This document shows positions 51,954 through 60,518 of a DNA stretch of 64,000 nt, one piece after another (the stretch's first letter is position 1; the number at the start of each line of letters is the position of its first letter). A program made the translations under genes and the position numbers. The DNA lies in contig CAWHFJ010000017.1 in the NCBI GenBank assembly GCA_963828495.1, forward strand, positions 148,342 to 212,341, in the 5' to 3' direction. Source of the DNA: Candidatus Omnitrophota bacterium (GTDB taxonomy: Bacteria; Omnitrophota; Gorgyraeia; Zapsychrales; Fredricksoniimonadaceae). A model generated the notes under the pieces. The model saw nothing but the letters and a program-made list of their open reading frames with translations, was not told the origin of the DNA and did not search any database.

Positions 51954-52361
51954 TTGAAAAAGATTAAGAATTTTTTAGTTTTATTATTGTGCTTGGGGTT
52001 ATGCGGCTGTGCGTCTACTGAATATGCACTCATTTATAAAAATGCTTTAAAAACCGGAACTGGTTTTACCGTTACAAAAGAAAAAAATTATCAAAAATTA
52101 AAAGAAAGAGTGGCTGAATACTTTGTGTCTCGGGGTTATAAAAGTATTGTATTTGCAGATCAGAAAAACGGATTCTTTGTTTTTGCCAAAGAAGGGGATT
52201 TCCAAGTGCCTTGCAAAATCATCTTAAAATATACTGAAAAAGCAGGGGCAGATAAGATTCGTATTGATATAGTGAAGGGCGACGATGAAGACGAATTAGT
52301 AACCGATAGTGAGGTCTCTGCCGATATCCAGGCAATCGGCGATCAAATAAAGAAAAATTAA
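51954..52361 (+). CDS. probable lipoprotein, unknown function
   Basis: TTG start after a ggagg RBS. MKKIKNFLVLLLCLGLCGC is lipobox-like. Confidence 0.45.
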   Translation: MKKIKNFLVLLLCLGLCGCASTEYALIYKNALKTGTGFTVTKEKNYQKLKERVAEYFVSRGYKSIVFADQKNGFFVFAKEGDFQVPCKIILKYTEKAGADKIRIDIVKGDDEDELVTDSEVSADIQAIGDQIKKN

Positions 52362-52404
52362 TTCCTAATAACAAATCCTTCCCTCAAGGAACTTATATAA
52401 ATTA
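52362..52404 (+). repeat. ~40-bp intergenic direct repeat, copy 2
   Basis: See 48748-48790. Confidence 0.65.
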
Positions 52405-52503
52405 TTTGACTTTATAACGTAAAAGCGCAAAATAAGTAAAGAAGCATATCGACCGTATCATCCATGCCGCTTCTATTTAATAATCTCTTTAAAGGAGGCG
52501 GCC

Positions 52504-53346
52504 ATGAATCCACAAAGTATGTCCCATCAAGGTGCATTAACCAAAATAGCTGTTTTCAAAGGTAAACAAATCAGAAAGGTCATTCATAATAACGAATGGT
52601 GGTTTTCTGTTGTTGATGTATGTGGTGTATTAACTGATAGTGTAGATGCGAACGCATACTGGAGAAAACTTAAACAACGATTAGTTGAAGAAGGAAGTGA
52701 AGTCGTGACAAATTGTCACGGGTTGAAATTACCTGCCCCCGATGGAAAAATGCGGGAAACCGATTGCGCCAATACAGAAAACATCTTCCGTATCATCCAA
52801 TCAATACCTTCTCCAAAAGCCGAACCATTCAAACGCTGGCTGGCCAAGGTAGGCTTTGAACGTGTCCAAGAGATAGAAAACCCTGAATTAGCCGCCCAAC
52901 GCATGCGCACTATCTATAAGCTTAAAGGCTATAGCGCTGACTGGATCGAAAAGCGCATGCGCGGCATTGTTATTCGTGAAGAGTTAACAGACGAATGGAA
53001 AAACAGAGGCGCCCAAGAAGACAAAGACTATGAAGCGCTGACCGCCGAAATATCTAAAGCCACCTTTGGCGTCACCCCAAGCGAATATAAGAAATTAAAA
53101 GGCCTAAAACGTGAAAATCTTCGCGACCATATGAACGATTTTGAGCTCATTTTTACCATGTTAGGTGAACGCTCCACCACTGAGATCCACCGCAACGAAG
53201 ACTCCCAAGGTGTTAAAAAGCTTAAAGATGATGCACAAGCCGGGGGAGACATAGCCGGTGGCGCCCGCAAGCAGCTGGAGAAGAAGCTTGGCCGCTCAAT
53301 CGTTTCAAACAAGAACTACTTACCTAAATCCCAGAAAATAAGGTGA
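52504..53346 (+). CDS. Bro-N domain / DinD-like (DNA-damage-inducible protein D-like) protein
   Basis: N-terminal FKGKQIRKV..NEWWFSVVDVCGVL (Bro-N-like). The C-terminal part (PSPKAEPFKRWLAKVGFERVQEIENPELA...RGIVIREELTDEW) resembles the DinD / phage anti-repressor family. Confidence 0.6.
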   Translation: MNPQSMSHQGALTKIAVFKGKQIRKVIHNNEWWFSVVDVCGVLTDSVDANAYWRKLKQRLVEEGSEVVTNCHGLKLPAPDGKMRETDCANTENIFRIIQSIPSPKAEPFKRWLAKVGFERVQEIENPELAAQRMRTIYKLKGYSADWIEKRMRGIVIREELTDEWKNRGAQEDKDYEALTAEISKATFGVTPSEYKKLKGLKRENLRDHMNDFELIFTMLGERSTTEIHRNEDSQGVKKLKDDAQAGGDIAGGARKQLEKKLGRSIVSNKNYLPKSQKIR

Positions 53347-53384
53347 TTAAAATGAATTTCAAACAATTCGGAAAGGCAATGTCC

Positions 53385-53409
53385 CCTATGTAGTTAACAA
53401 CTACATAGG
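53385..53409 (+). promoter_or_regulatory. perfect 11-bp-stem hairpin overlapping the RBS of the next ORF
   Basis: cctatgtagtt-aac-aactacatagg. The 3-prime arm runs into aggagg (53407-53412), with the ATG at 53417. Confidence 0.5.
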
Positions 53410-53416
53410 AGGACAT

Positions 53417-53680
53417 ATGAGCAGATCAAGGAAGCATACACCAATCTGGGGGTTCGCACACAGCGAGAAAGATGACAAAAGGATTTTGCACGGTAAGCTT
53501 AGAACAAAATCGAGAATCGCCGTTAGGAAAATGCTGTTAGAACATTCTTCGGAAGAGTATATTGCGCCTAAATATGATGAGGTCCACAATAAGTGGGTTA
53601 TGGCGAAGGATGGCAAGATGTATTGGATTCCAAAGAAGGACGAATACTGGTTTTGTTTTGAAAAAATGATGAGAAAATAA
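53417..53680 (+). CDS. small hypothetical protein
   Basis: 87-aa ORF with a strong RBS. No recognisable motif. Confidence 0.35.
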   Translation: MSRSRKHTPIWGFAHSEKDDKRILHGKLRTKSRIAVRKMLLEHSSEEYIAPKYDEVHNKWVMAKDGKMYWIPKKDEYWFCFEKMMRK

Positions 53681-53737
53681 TTCTTCAATGTCCCAAATTG
53701 GCACCTTGAACACAACGTCAACAAAACGATCATTCAG

Positions 53738-53877
53738 TGTCATTGCGAGCCATTTTCTTATGTCATTGCGAGCGTAGCGAAGCAATCTCTTTCCAATTAT
53801 TCCTCCCCCTTGATGGGGGAGGTTAGGTGGGGGTGAGAGTCCCACTGTCATTCTGAGCGCAGCGAAGAATCTTAAGG
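53738..53877. repeat. cluster of short dispersed repeat elements
   Basis: Four pieces: gtgtcattgcgagc (53738-53750), tgtcattgcgagcgtagcgaagcaatctct (53761-53790), cctcccccttgatgggggaggttaggtgggggtgag (53802-53836; related to 54562-54595), and ctgtcattctgagcgcagcgaagaatcttaagg (53845-53877). Confidence 0.7.
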
Positions 53878-53912
53878 TATATTTTAGAATTTTATGATAT
53901 AAATATACCAAT

Positions 53913-53996
53913 CGGTTTCCCCCAAACCGCGTATTGTTAAATCAATCTCGCACTTCCCCCTGTGCAGTAGCACCAACTAAACAAGGGGGAACCATG
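53913..53996 (+). promoter_or_regulatory. conserved structured 5-prime leader, copy 1 (upstream of the ORF6N gene)
   Basis: cggtttcccccaaaccg hairpin (53913-53929). ttccccct (53954-53961) is complementary to the RBS agggggaa (53984-53991). ATG at 53994. Confidence 0.5.
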
Positions 53997-54560
53997 CCTA
54001 CAAAACAATTAATCAAAAAATCAGAAATAGCTGTTCCAGTTGAGATCATTCAAAACAAGATTTATCTAATTCGTGGCCATAAAGTCATGTTCGATAGAGA
54101 TTTAGCAGAATTATATGACGTCATGACAAAAAATTTAAATAAAGCCGTGCAACGTAATATTGAACGATTTCCAGATGACTTTATGTTTCAGTTAACTAAG
54201 CAGGAAGCTGAAAGTTCAAGGTTCCAAATTGGAACCTTGAAACAAGGGCAGAATATCAAATACTTACCTTACGTTTTTACCGAACAAGGCGTTGCGATGC
54301 TTTCCAGCGTTCTTAAATCCAAAAGAGCTGTTCAGGTTAATATCCAAATAATGAGAGTTTTTACAAAACTACGTGAAATGATGATCTCTCACAAAGACCT
54401 GGCCCGTAAAATCGATGACTTGGAGATAAAATTCCAAACTCATGACCAAAAGATCATCCAAATTTTCGATACTATAAGGCGTATGACGACAATCCCAGAA
54501 CAAACGGGGCCAGAACCATATAAAAGACATAGAGTTGGGTTTATAGCAGATAAACCTTAA
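53994..54560 (+). CDS. ORF6N (KilA-N-related) domain protein
   Basis: IQNKIYLIRGHKVMFDRDLAELYDV.TKNLNKAVQRNIERFPDDFMFQLT...YLPYVFTEQGVAMLSSVL is the canonical ORF6N pattern. The ATG at 53994 follows the leader RBS. Confidence 0.7.
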   Translation: MPTKQLIKKSEIAVPVEIIQNKIYLIRGHKVMFDRDLAELYDVMTKNLNKAVQRNIERFPDDFMFQLTKQEAESSRFQIGTLKQGQNIKYLPYVFTEQGVAMLSSVLKSKRAVQVNIQIMRVFTKLREMMISHKDLARKIDDLEIKFQTHDQKIIQIFDTIRRMTTIPEQTGPEPYKRHRVGFIADKP

Positions 54561-54716
54561 TGTGTCATCCGGGGGAAGTCAGGTGGGTAGGGGAGAAATA
54601 AGTTAAGTGTTTTCTTCTACCAGCCCTTTCAGATGAATTCAACGGTGGTTTTTCTCTGGTGCGGCGGGGGTTTCGCTTCGCAATGGCTTTTAAAATTTCT
54701 ACTATTAAATAACCTG

Positions 54717-54811
54717 CGGTTTCCCCCAAACCGTTTAATATATAAAATATCGCAACTATCCCCCTAGACGCGATAAGTTTACCTCACCAATTTCAAAGGG
54801 GGAAAATCATG
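54717..54811 (+). promoter_or_regulatory. conserved structured 5-prime leader, copy 2 (upstream of tcmP)
   Basis: Identical cggtttcccccaaaccg hairpin (54717-54733). tccccct (54759-54765) is complementary to the RBS aggggga (54797-54803). ATG at 54809. Confidence 0.5.
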
Positions 54812-55513
54812 TCACAAAATCCAGTCTCAAATATCGATGGATTACCTGTCCGTCCAAGTGGTATTTGGATCAAAAGAAAGCATTATTATTTAACAGAATA
54901 CGCTAAGATTTTTACGATTGGTATGGGCAAGAAATGGAAAGGGCTAACCTTTCTTGATCTTTTTGCCGGCCCAGGCCTTTGCATCATTGAACAAACACAA
55001 GAGGTGCTCGGATCTCCGCTGTTAGCTTTGCAGTATGACTTTAGTCATTATATCTTTGTTGAAGAAACGGCCAATTTAATGAATGCCTTGCAAGCAAGAT
55101 GCGCCAATTCCCCCAAAGCGGCGTTAATCAAATTTATTCAAGAGGATTGCAATAGTGGCATTGACCATATCATTAAACAGATGCCATTGAATCATCTCAA
55201 CCTTGCCTTTATTGATCCAACAGATATTGATATTAACTTTGATACGATCAAGGCTTTGTCCAAGGTTGCCAATGGCGTCGATCTATTGATCAACATTCAA
55301 TAAGGAAAGGATGCGAAAGACGTTATAGAAATTTATAAATCACGTATCCGTGAACTTGGATATGGAACGGTTGAGCATCGGGATATAACAGTCACTAATA
55401 CAAAGAATGCCCCAATGTATTTCTTATTATTTGCTTCCAAGGATCCCAGAGGTCTTGACTACTGGAAGAAAATATCAAAGAAAGATGAACAAGGACAAGG
55501 GGAATTGTTTTAA
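54809..55513 (+). pseudogene. tcmP: three-Cys-motif partner protein TcmP, with an in-frame TAA at 55301
   Basis: RPSGIWIKRKHYYLTEY..., FLDLFAGPG. After the TAA the same frame continues for 70 codons to a family-like C-terminus (...PMYFLLFASKDPRGLDYWKKI...GQGELF). About 60 residues of the usual middle region appear to be missing. Confidence 0.65.
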
Positions 55514-55522
55514 AATAAGCGT

Positions 55523-55696
55523 ATGGCTATTAATTAATCCATAGAATGGACCGAATCAACGTGGAACCCGGTAACGGGATGCACAAAGACGAGCCGGGGA
55601 TGTCTGCATTGTTACGCTCAGCGGATGGCGCAGCGGTTGGCTCCGGGACGAGAGGGTTTTCATCCCAAAACGAAGCGGATTTTCCAGCGCTCTTGA
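55523..55696 (+). pseudogene. 5-prime fragment of a DUF5131 (phage Gp37/Gp68-like, three-Cys) gene
   Basis: [44 protein letters not shown]... carries the IEWT..TWNPV.GC...S.GC..CYA three-Cys signature. In-frame TAA at 55535. Family similarity is lost after ~55640, and the AT-rich to GC-rich switch falls at ~55546. Confidence 0.55.
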
Positions 55697-56467
55697 GCGC
55701 GTTGGTCTTCGCCCCTTCTTGCAAGTAGGCGCGGCTCAGGCGCCAAAACCCTTCGCGTCTGGCGCGATTGAAAACCTCGTTCAGGCAGACGCGGGCCTCC
55801 TGTGGTTGATGAATTTTCAGTAACGCACGTGCAAGTTCGTTTGGTGGAACCGTCGGTGCAGAGCCAGCGTCTTTTCCCGCTGGCTGGCGCTGAGGGCTAA
55901 GGCGCGAAAACTCAAGCGCAGCGTCCGGGTCATCGCGAGCCAGCTCGATGGCTCCCAGCAGCGTCTCGGCCCGACCTTCCCAGCCGCGACATTCGGCCAG
56001 GCGGTGCCCGGTCTCGGCGGCTTTCGCAAACTCTTCACGGTTGAAATACGCGCGAGTCAATTCGAACAGTGTCTCGGCGTGGTTCGGCTGGGCGGAGCGG
56101 GCTTGCTCCCAGACTTCGATTCCGCGAGGGTTCCCGCTGCGCGTCAAGGCAATCCCTAGCAGACAAAGGTCATCCGGGGTGATCGCGGCCGCCCCGAGCC
56201 GGCCATATAAGCGCGAGGGCCGACGATTATTTCCCAGGCGAACTGATGCATTTGCGAGCAGCCGAAGTGCGGCCACGTCGTTGCCACCGCTTTCAAACGC
56301 TGCCTTGCGCGTTCGGCTGCGACTTGCCATTGCCCGCGAGCGTATGCAGCCGAGCCTTCCCTGACCGGATCAAACGAAACGGCTCTTCGCGCGAGCAGCA
56401 GCACCGCGAGGATGCTTGCCGCGATGAGAATTCGCAGCCATCGGCTCCGCGAACGGTAACGCGACAT
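55530..56467 (-). pseudogene. membrane-anchored TPR-like protein (GC-rich block), frameshifted
   Basis: MSRYRSRSRWLRILIAASILAVLLLA (start at 56467) joins the 55530-56330 ORF (..AALRLLANASVRLG.., ..AETLFELTRAYFNREEFAKAAE..) only through a frameshift near 56290-56330. The 3-prime limit is uncertain, because the ORF runs antisense through the DUF5131 fragment. Confidence 0.4.
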
Positions 56468-56554
56468 CGTGTGGTCTTGTTCCACCGGCGAGCTGCACGA
56501 AGGCTCCAGAGCGGGGTCGGACATATGCGATTCTCGCCAGGACTCCTCGCACAG

Positions 56555-57756
56555 TCAATCGGGGATCGTGGGCGGTCCGGCGCAGCGTCGAGCTTGGAAA
56601 TCGTGTTTTTCAGTCCTGCGTCGGTTGGCGCGAGACGGAACGCCAGTCGAAACCAGGCACGGGCCTGGTCTCGGCGCCGAGAGCCTCGCAGGCTTCAGCG
56701 ATGACTCGCAACGTTGCGAGATCGTGCCGACGGTTGGTGCGCACGCGGTCTGGACGAGCCATTCAACGCGGTCGTGGGCGCGGGCAGCCTCGGCGTGCGG
56801 GCGCGGCCTCGACCTGGCCCGTGAGCCGCAGTGCCTGACTGAGCCCGAAGTGTGCGTCACGGTCGTCCGGGGCGGCCTCGAGCCGCAGCGCGAAAGTGAT
56901 TGACGGCGGCGGCGGCATCGCCCCGGCCGAGCGCCAGCCGCCCGCGAAGCTCCGCTCGCGCCGCGTGGCTGTCATCTCCTGCATCGGAACCGAGGAGCGC
57001 CTCCGCGGCCGCGGTGTCGCCGCGGTCGAGCGCGATCCGCGCCGGGAGACGCGAGCGTCGCGCTCGTCGGACAAGCGCGGCGAGTGTTGCGTCGGCCTGG
57101 TCCAGCCGGCCCAGCCGCCGCAGGGATTCGGCGAGCGCGAGCCGCGACAGACGGTCGTCGGGATCCTCCGCGAGCACCCGTACCAGGGCGTCGGCCAGGT
57201 CTGCCAGATCGATGGCGCGTGCCGGTCGAGCGTCCAGACCACCAGATCCAGAAACTCGAAATTCGAGCCCGAGACCAGCGCCCGCGATTCTGCGGCCAGC
57301 AGATCCGACCGGCCCTGCTGCGGCGTACAACCAGATGAGGCGGCGACGGGCATCGATCGACTTCGGATTCAGGACCAGGCCGCGCTTCAGCTCGGCCTCC
57401 GCGGCACGAAAATGATGGCGCTCCATCTCCAGCTCCCCTCGACGCGCGGCGATCGCGGCCGCCTCAGGACCGCGTGTCGGCACATTGGCGCCATCGAGCG
57501 CGGCAGCGCCTCGGCGATCTTGCCGCGATTGCTCGCGGCTTGCGAGCGAAGCAGTCGCTCGGAAACCGTCAGCCGCCTGATTCGGGCCAGCCGCGGCCAG
57601 CGCCGCCTCGGCCTCGGCCGGCCGGCCGGCGGCAGCCTCGGCCTGTGCGCGATACGCCAGGTCCTGAGGATCGTCCCGCACGCATGCCGAGCATGCCGCG
57701 GCGAAAAGGCCAAGGGCCGAGAATCCCGACAGAAGAGGTCGTTCGCTGGGCCTCAT
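56555..57756 (-). pseudogene. exported TPR-repeat protein (GC-rich block), several frameshifts
   Basis: MRPSERPLLSGFSALGLFAAACSAC (ATG at 57756), then Ala/Arg-rich TPR-like helices. The reading frame has to switch at ~56860 and ~56760 to follow the helical repeats. Confidence 0.35.
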
Positions 57757-59065
57757 GGCTTTTTCCCGGTCTCGACGACTTGGGCGTGCGCTCAGCGCCG
57801 GGTGTTCGAGCGTGGTGATCTCGCCCGAGGGCCAACGCACCAGCACGCGCTCTACGGACTCGGCTGTTCCCACCCCCACGAGGATTCTCGGATCGTGCGA
57901 AGACATGAGGCTGTGCCCGCTTTTCGAGAGGCGGTGGATCACTCGTCCACCGGCGTGCACCTCGACTTGCGCTCCAATCCCATCGCGTGAGCTTCGAGTC
58001 CCACGGCATGCCAGGCGGATCCAGTGATTCCGGGTTTGCGTGTCGTTGCGGAGGATGGAGGGGGGGCCGTCCTTGTGGCTGAACACCAGGTCAAGATCCC
58101 CGTCGTCGTCCAGGTCACCGAGGGCCAGGCCGTGTCCCAGGTGCCGGCTCTCGAAGTACGTGCCCGCACCCCGATTCGCCAGCCGGAACCGCCGGCCGGC
58201 GAGATTAAGGTGCAACAGCGGCGGCTGCCGATCGCTTACCGGCTGGCCGCGGAATTCGACGTTGTCGTCGACGTCGGCGTTGGCCACGACGCAATCGGGC
58301 CAACCGTCGTTGTCGAGATCCGCGAGAGCGCAACCCCAGCCGATCCAGGGAAGACTGTCAACCGCCAGGCCGAAGTTGGCTGTCGCGTCGAGGAACGTGT
58401 CCCTTCCGAGGTTGCGGTAGAGGGTGTTGTAATCGTTCGCAAAGTGGGTGACGAATAACTCCGGCAGACCATCGCCGTCAACATCCTCGGCATCGACGCC
58501 CATGCCGGCCTGGGTCCGGCCGGCGACGTCGTAGCCTGCGCCGCTCTCTTCGGAGACGTCTCGAAAGGTGCCGTCGCCGTTGTTCAGATAAAGGAAATGC
58601 GGGTCCCGGTCGTTCGCGACGTAGAGGTCCGTCTTGCCGTCGCCGTTCAAATCCGCTGCGACGACTGCGAACCCGTGACCGTCGGAGCGACCCATGCCTG
58701 CCTTGTCAGTCACGTCGGTGAAAGTCCGGTCGCCGTTGTTCAGGTAGAAGGCATGCTTGACCGGCCTGAGCGCTGCGGGCGGGCAGTAGCGACGGATCTT
58801 TCGCTTGGTATCGCCACAGAACTGGTCGTCGCGAGGATAGCTCCAATCACCGTAGCGGGTCACGTACAGATCAAGGTCGCCGTCGCCGTCATGGTCAATG
58901 AACGCCGCGCTGCTCGACCATGTTCCGGCCTGGAAGATCCCGGCGGCGCGTCGCCACCTCGGTGAAAGAGCCTTTGCCGTTATTCACGTAAAGGGCATCG
59001 CCGCCAAAGTTGCTCAGGAAGACATCGGCGTCGCCGTCGTTGTCGATATCACCGACCGTGATGCC
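57757..59065 (-). pseudogene. CRTAC1-like FG-GAP/VCBS-repeat plus ASPIC/UnbV-domain protein, 5-prime truncated and frameshifted
   Basis: Repeated D.DGDG.LDL / NNGDGTF blocks (VGDIDNDGDADV, DLNGDGKTDLYVAN, DVDGDGLPELFV, DLDNDGWPD, DLDDDGDLDLVF). ASPIC-like end (NHWIRL...RDGIGAQVEV...RVLVRWPSGE). Frameshift at ~58880. No stop separates it from the next gene. Confidence 0.65.
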
Positions 59066-59294
59066 ATGCACGATCAACGCCCGCAGGATATTCTCCGACG
59101 TGAAGTCCCCCTTGCGCCTTCGCGACCGCCTTGGGAGAGTTTCTGCAGATCGCGGTCGACCAAATCCAGGATCTGGGGATTTTGTCCAGCACTTGACTAA
59201 TCGAGCGGTATCGGGCACGATAGTCACGGATGACCTTCGGCAACCCCTGATCATTGGACTCAAAACTCAACACGGCTTCCTTCTTCCGACGCAT
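59066..59294 (-). mobile_element. N-terminal fragment of a transposase (ISNCY / ISKra4-like N-terminus), two frameshifts, abruptly joined to the FG-GAP gene
   Basis: MRRKKEAVLSFES...RDYRARYRSISQVLDK / NPQILDLVDRDLQKLSQGG / DFTSENILRALIVH, read across three frames. This resembles the conserved N-termini of that transposase group. Nothing resembling a catalytic domain follows. Confidence 0.4.
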
Positions 59295-59350
59295 CCTTGT
59301 TCTCCTTGTGGTACTTGTGAACGAATAACCACTAGGATAAGGATGCGTCG
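59287..59350 (-). promoter_or_regulatory. 12-bp inverted repeat sequestering the RBS and ATG of the transposase fragment
   Basis: cgacgcatcctt (59287-59298) and aaggatgcgtcg (59339-59350). On the minus strand the downstream arm contains aagg-ATG-cgtcg, which is the start codon. Confidence 0.45.
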
Positions 59351-59379
59351 TTTTTTGTCAATTTCTTGTTTTCCAAAAA

Positions 59380-60437
59380 TCAGCCTCCAACCTTTCCGCA
59401 ACAGAAACTCATTAGCACGACCAGTTCAGAATCATCCCACCGGTGGAGTACCACGGATTCGCCAGTAGACGAGTCCGTTGCAGCCTTGATGAACTTTGCC
59501 TCCACCTTTGTCGCTGACTCATTCTCTGAGATACTCCAGGTGCGCCAGCGGGTCTTGTCCGAATCTTTTACATAGGCCCGGTCTGGCTCAGATAGGTCAT
59601 CTAAGTTGACTTTCAGCTTCCCTCCATCGCGAGTAACGATCGTAACAACAGCGTTGATTTTGCCACCATACCTCGCCTCGACTTCCTTATCCGCAAAGGT
59701 CCAGGTTCGCCACTTCGCAGCTTCAACTAGTGCCGCAGACTCCTTTTCAGCATTAACGCGCTCGGCGGCAGCCTGTTGCTCTGCCTCTACCTTGGTCTTT
59801 AGTTTTTTGTCGATCTCTCTTAGCTTGGCGTTGTTGCATTCAAGAACCAGAACGGTCTTTCGGCCACCAGAAACAGCCTCATAACTATAGGTTCCCGAAA
59901 TCTCGACGGGGTGTAGGAGAAGAAACTCGGTCCCGTCCGTCACCTTGGTCATGCCTAGGCCGCGCAGGAGCATGACTTCTGAGCGAACACTTCTCTTGAA
60001 ATGATAGTATCCATCAGCGCTCTGCTTGAGGGGGGTCGAGTTTTTCGTCGTATTCAATCGTCACCAAGCATTCGTTATCGCGGACCTTGTTGACTGCCTG
60101 GAAGCGACGGGGCCATCGCACCCAGCCCCAATCGCCGATCTGGAAATCAGGGGGTGCTTTGTTGGCAATGGAACCCCCCAAATCCTGTTCCTGTGGGCTA
60201 CCCCACCACACGTTTTGCCGAATAGATTACGGCCGGCGTCCATGTCCTTTTGACGCCTAGCTTCGTCCCGGCCGCTCTCTTTTGGGTTTCTTGTGGTCGG
60301 ACAAAGCCTCGCCGATAATCCTGCCCCGCCTGTTTTCCCTGTGGGGAGTTTGGGTCTATCGTGGTGCGGGCCAATGCCGAAGTTGATTTGCCACTGACCG
60401 TTAAGACCACTGCAAGTAAAATCGCACACCGGTTCAT
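59380..60437 (-). pseudogene. exported SHD1-domain (SLA1-homology-1-like) repeat protein, frameshifted
   Basis: Signal peptide MNRCAILLAVVLTVSG (ATG at 60437). SHD1-like blocks: KWRTWTFADKEVEARYGGKINAVVTIVTRDGGKLKVNLDDLSEPDRAYV and RWRTWSISENESATKVEAKF. The ORFs 60198-60473, 60014-60211 and 59380-60057 join only via frameshifts. Confidence 0.45.
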
Positions 60438-60518
60438 GACAACCTCCCATGTGTAAGAAATGTCACCCAACAAAAACGGAGCGTCGATCGCCTAAAAATC
60501 GCCGCGTCTCCGGGCGAG

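Noticed and set aside
48748-52404. Integron-cassette interpretation of the two ~40-bp repeats (attC-like sites).
   Set aside because: No integrase gene or attI is present. The hairpins are only 5-7 bp, and the repeats lack the paired R/L box organisation of attC sites. They are kept only as a generic direct-repeat observation.
28402-55537. Three in-frame TAA codons (28402 in tpsA, 55301 in tcmP, 55535 in DUF5131) raised the idea of TAA reassignment or read-through.
   Set aside because: TAA terminates many well-delimited genes here (for example at 1058, 2744, 5097, 6021, 6407, 12517 and 41606), immediately followed by RBS-ATG of the next gene. All three stop codons are used normally. Simple nonsense mutations or errors are more likely.
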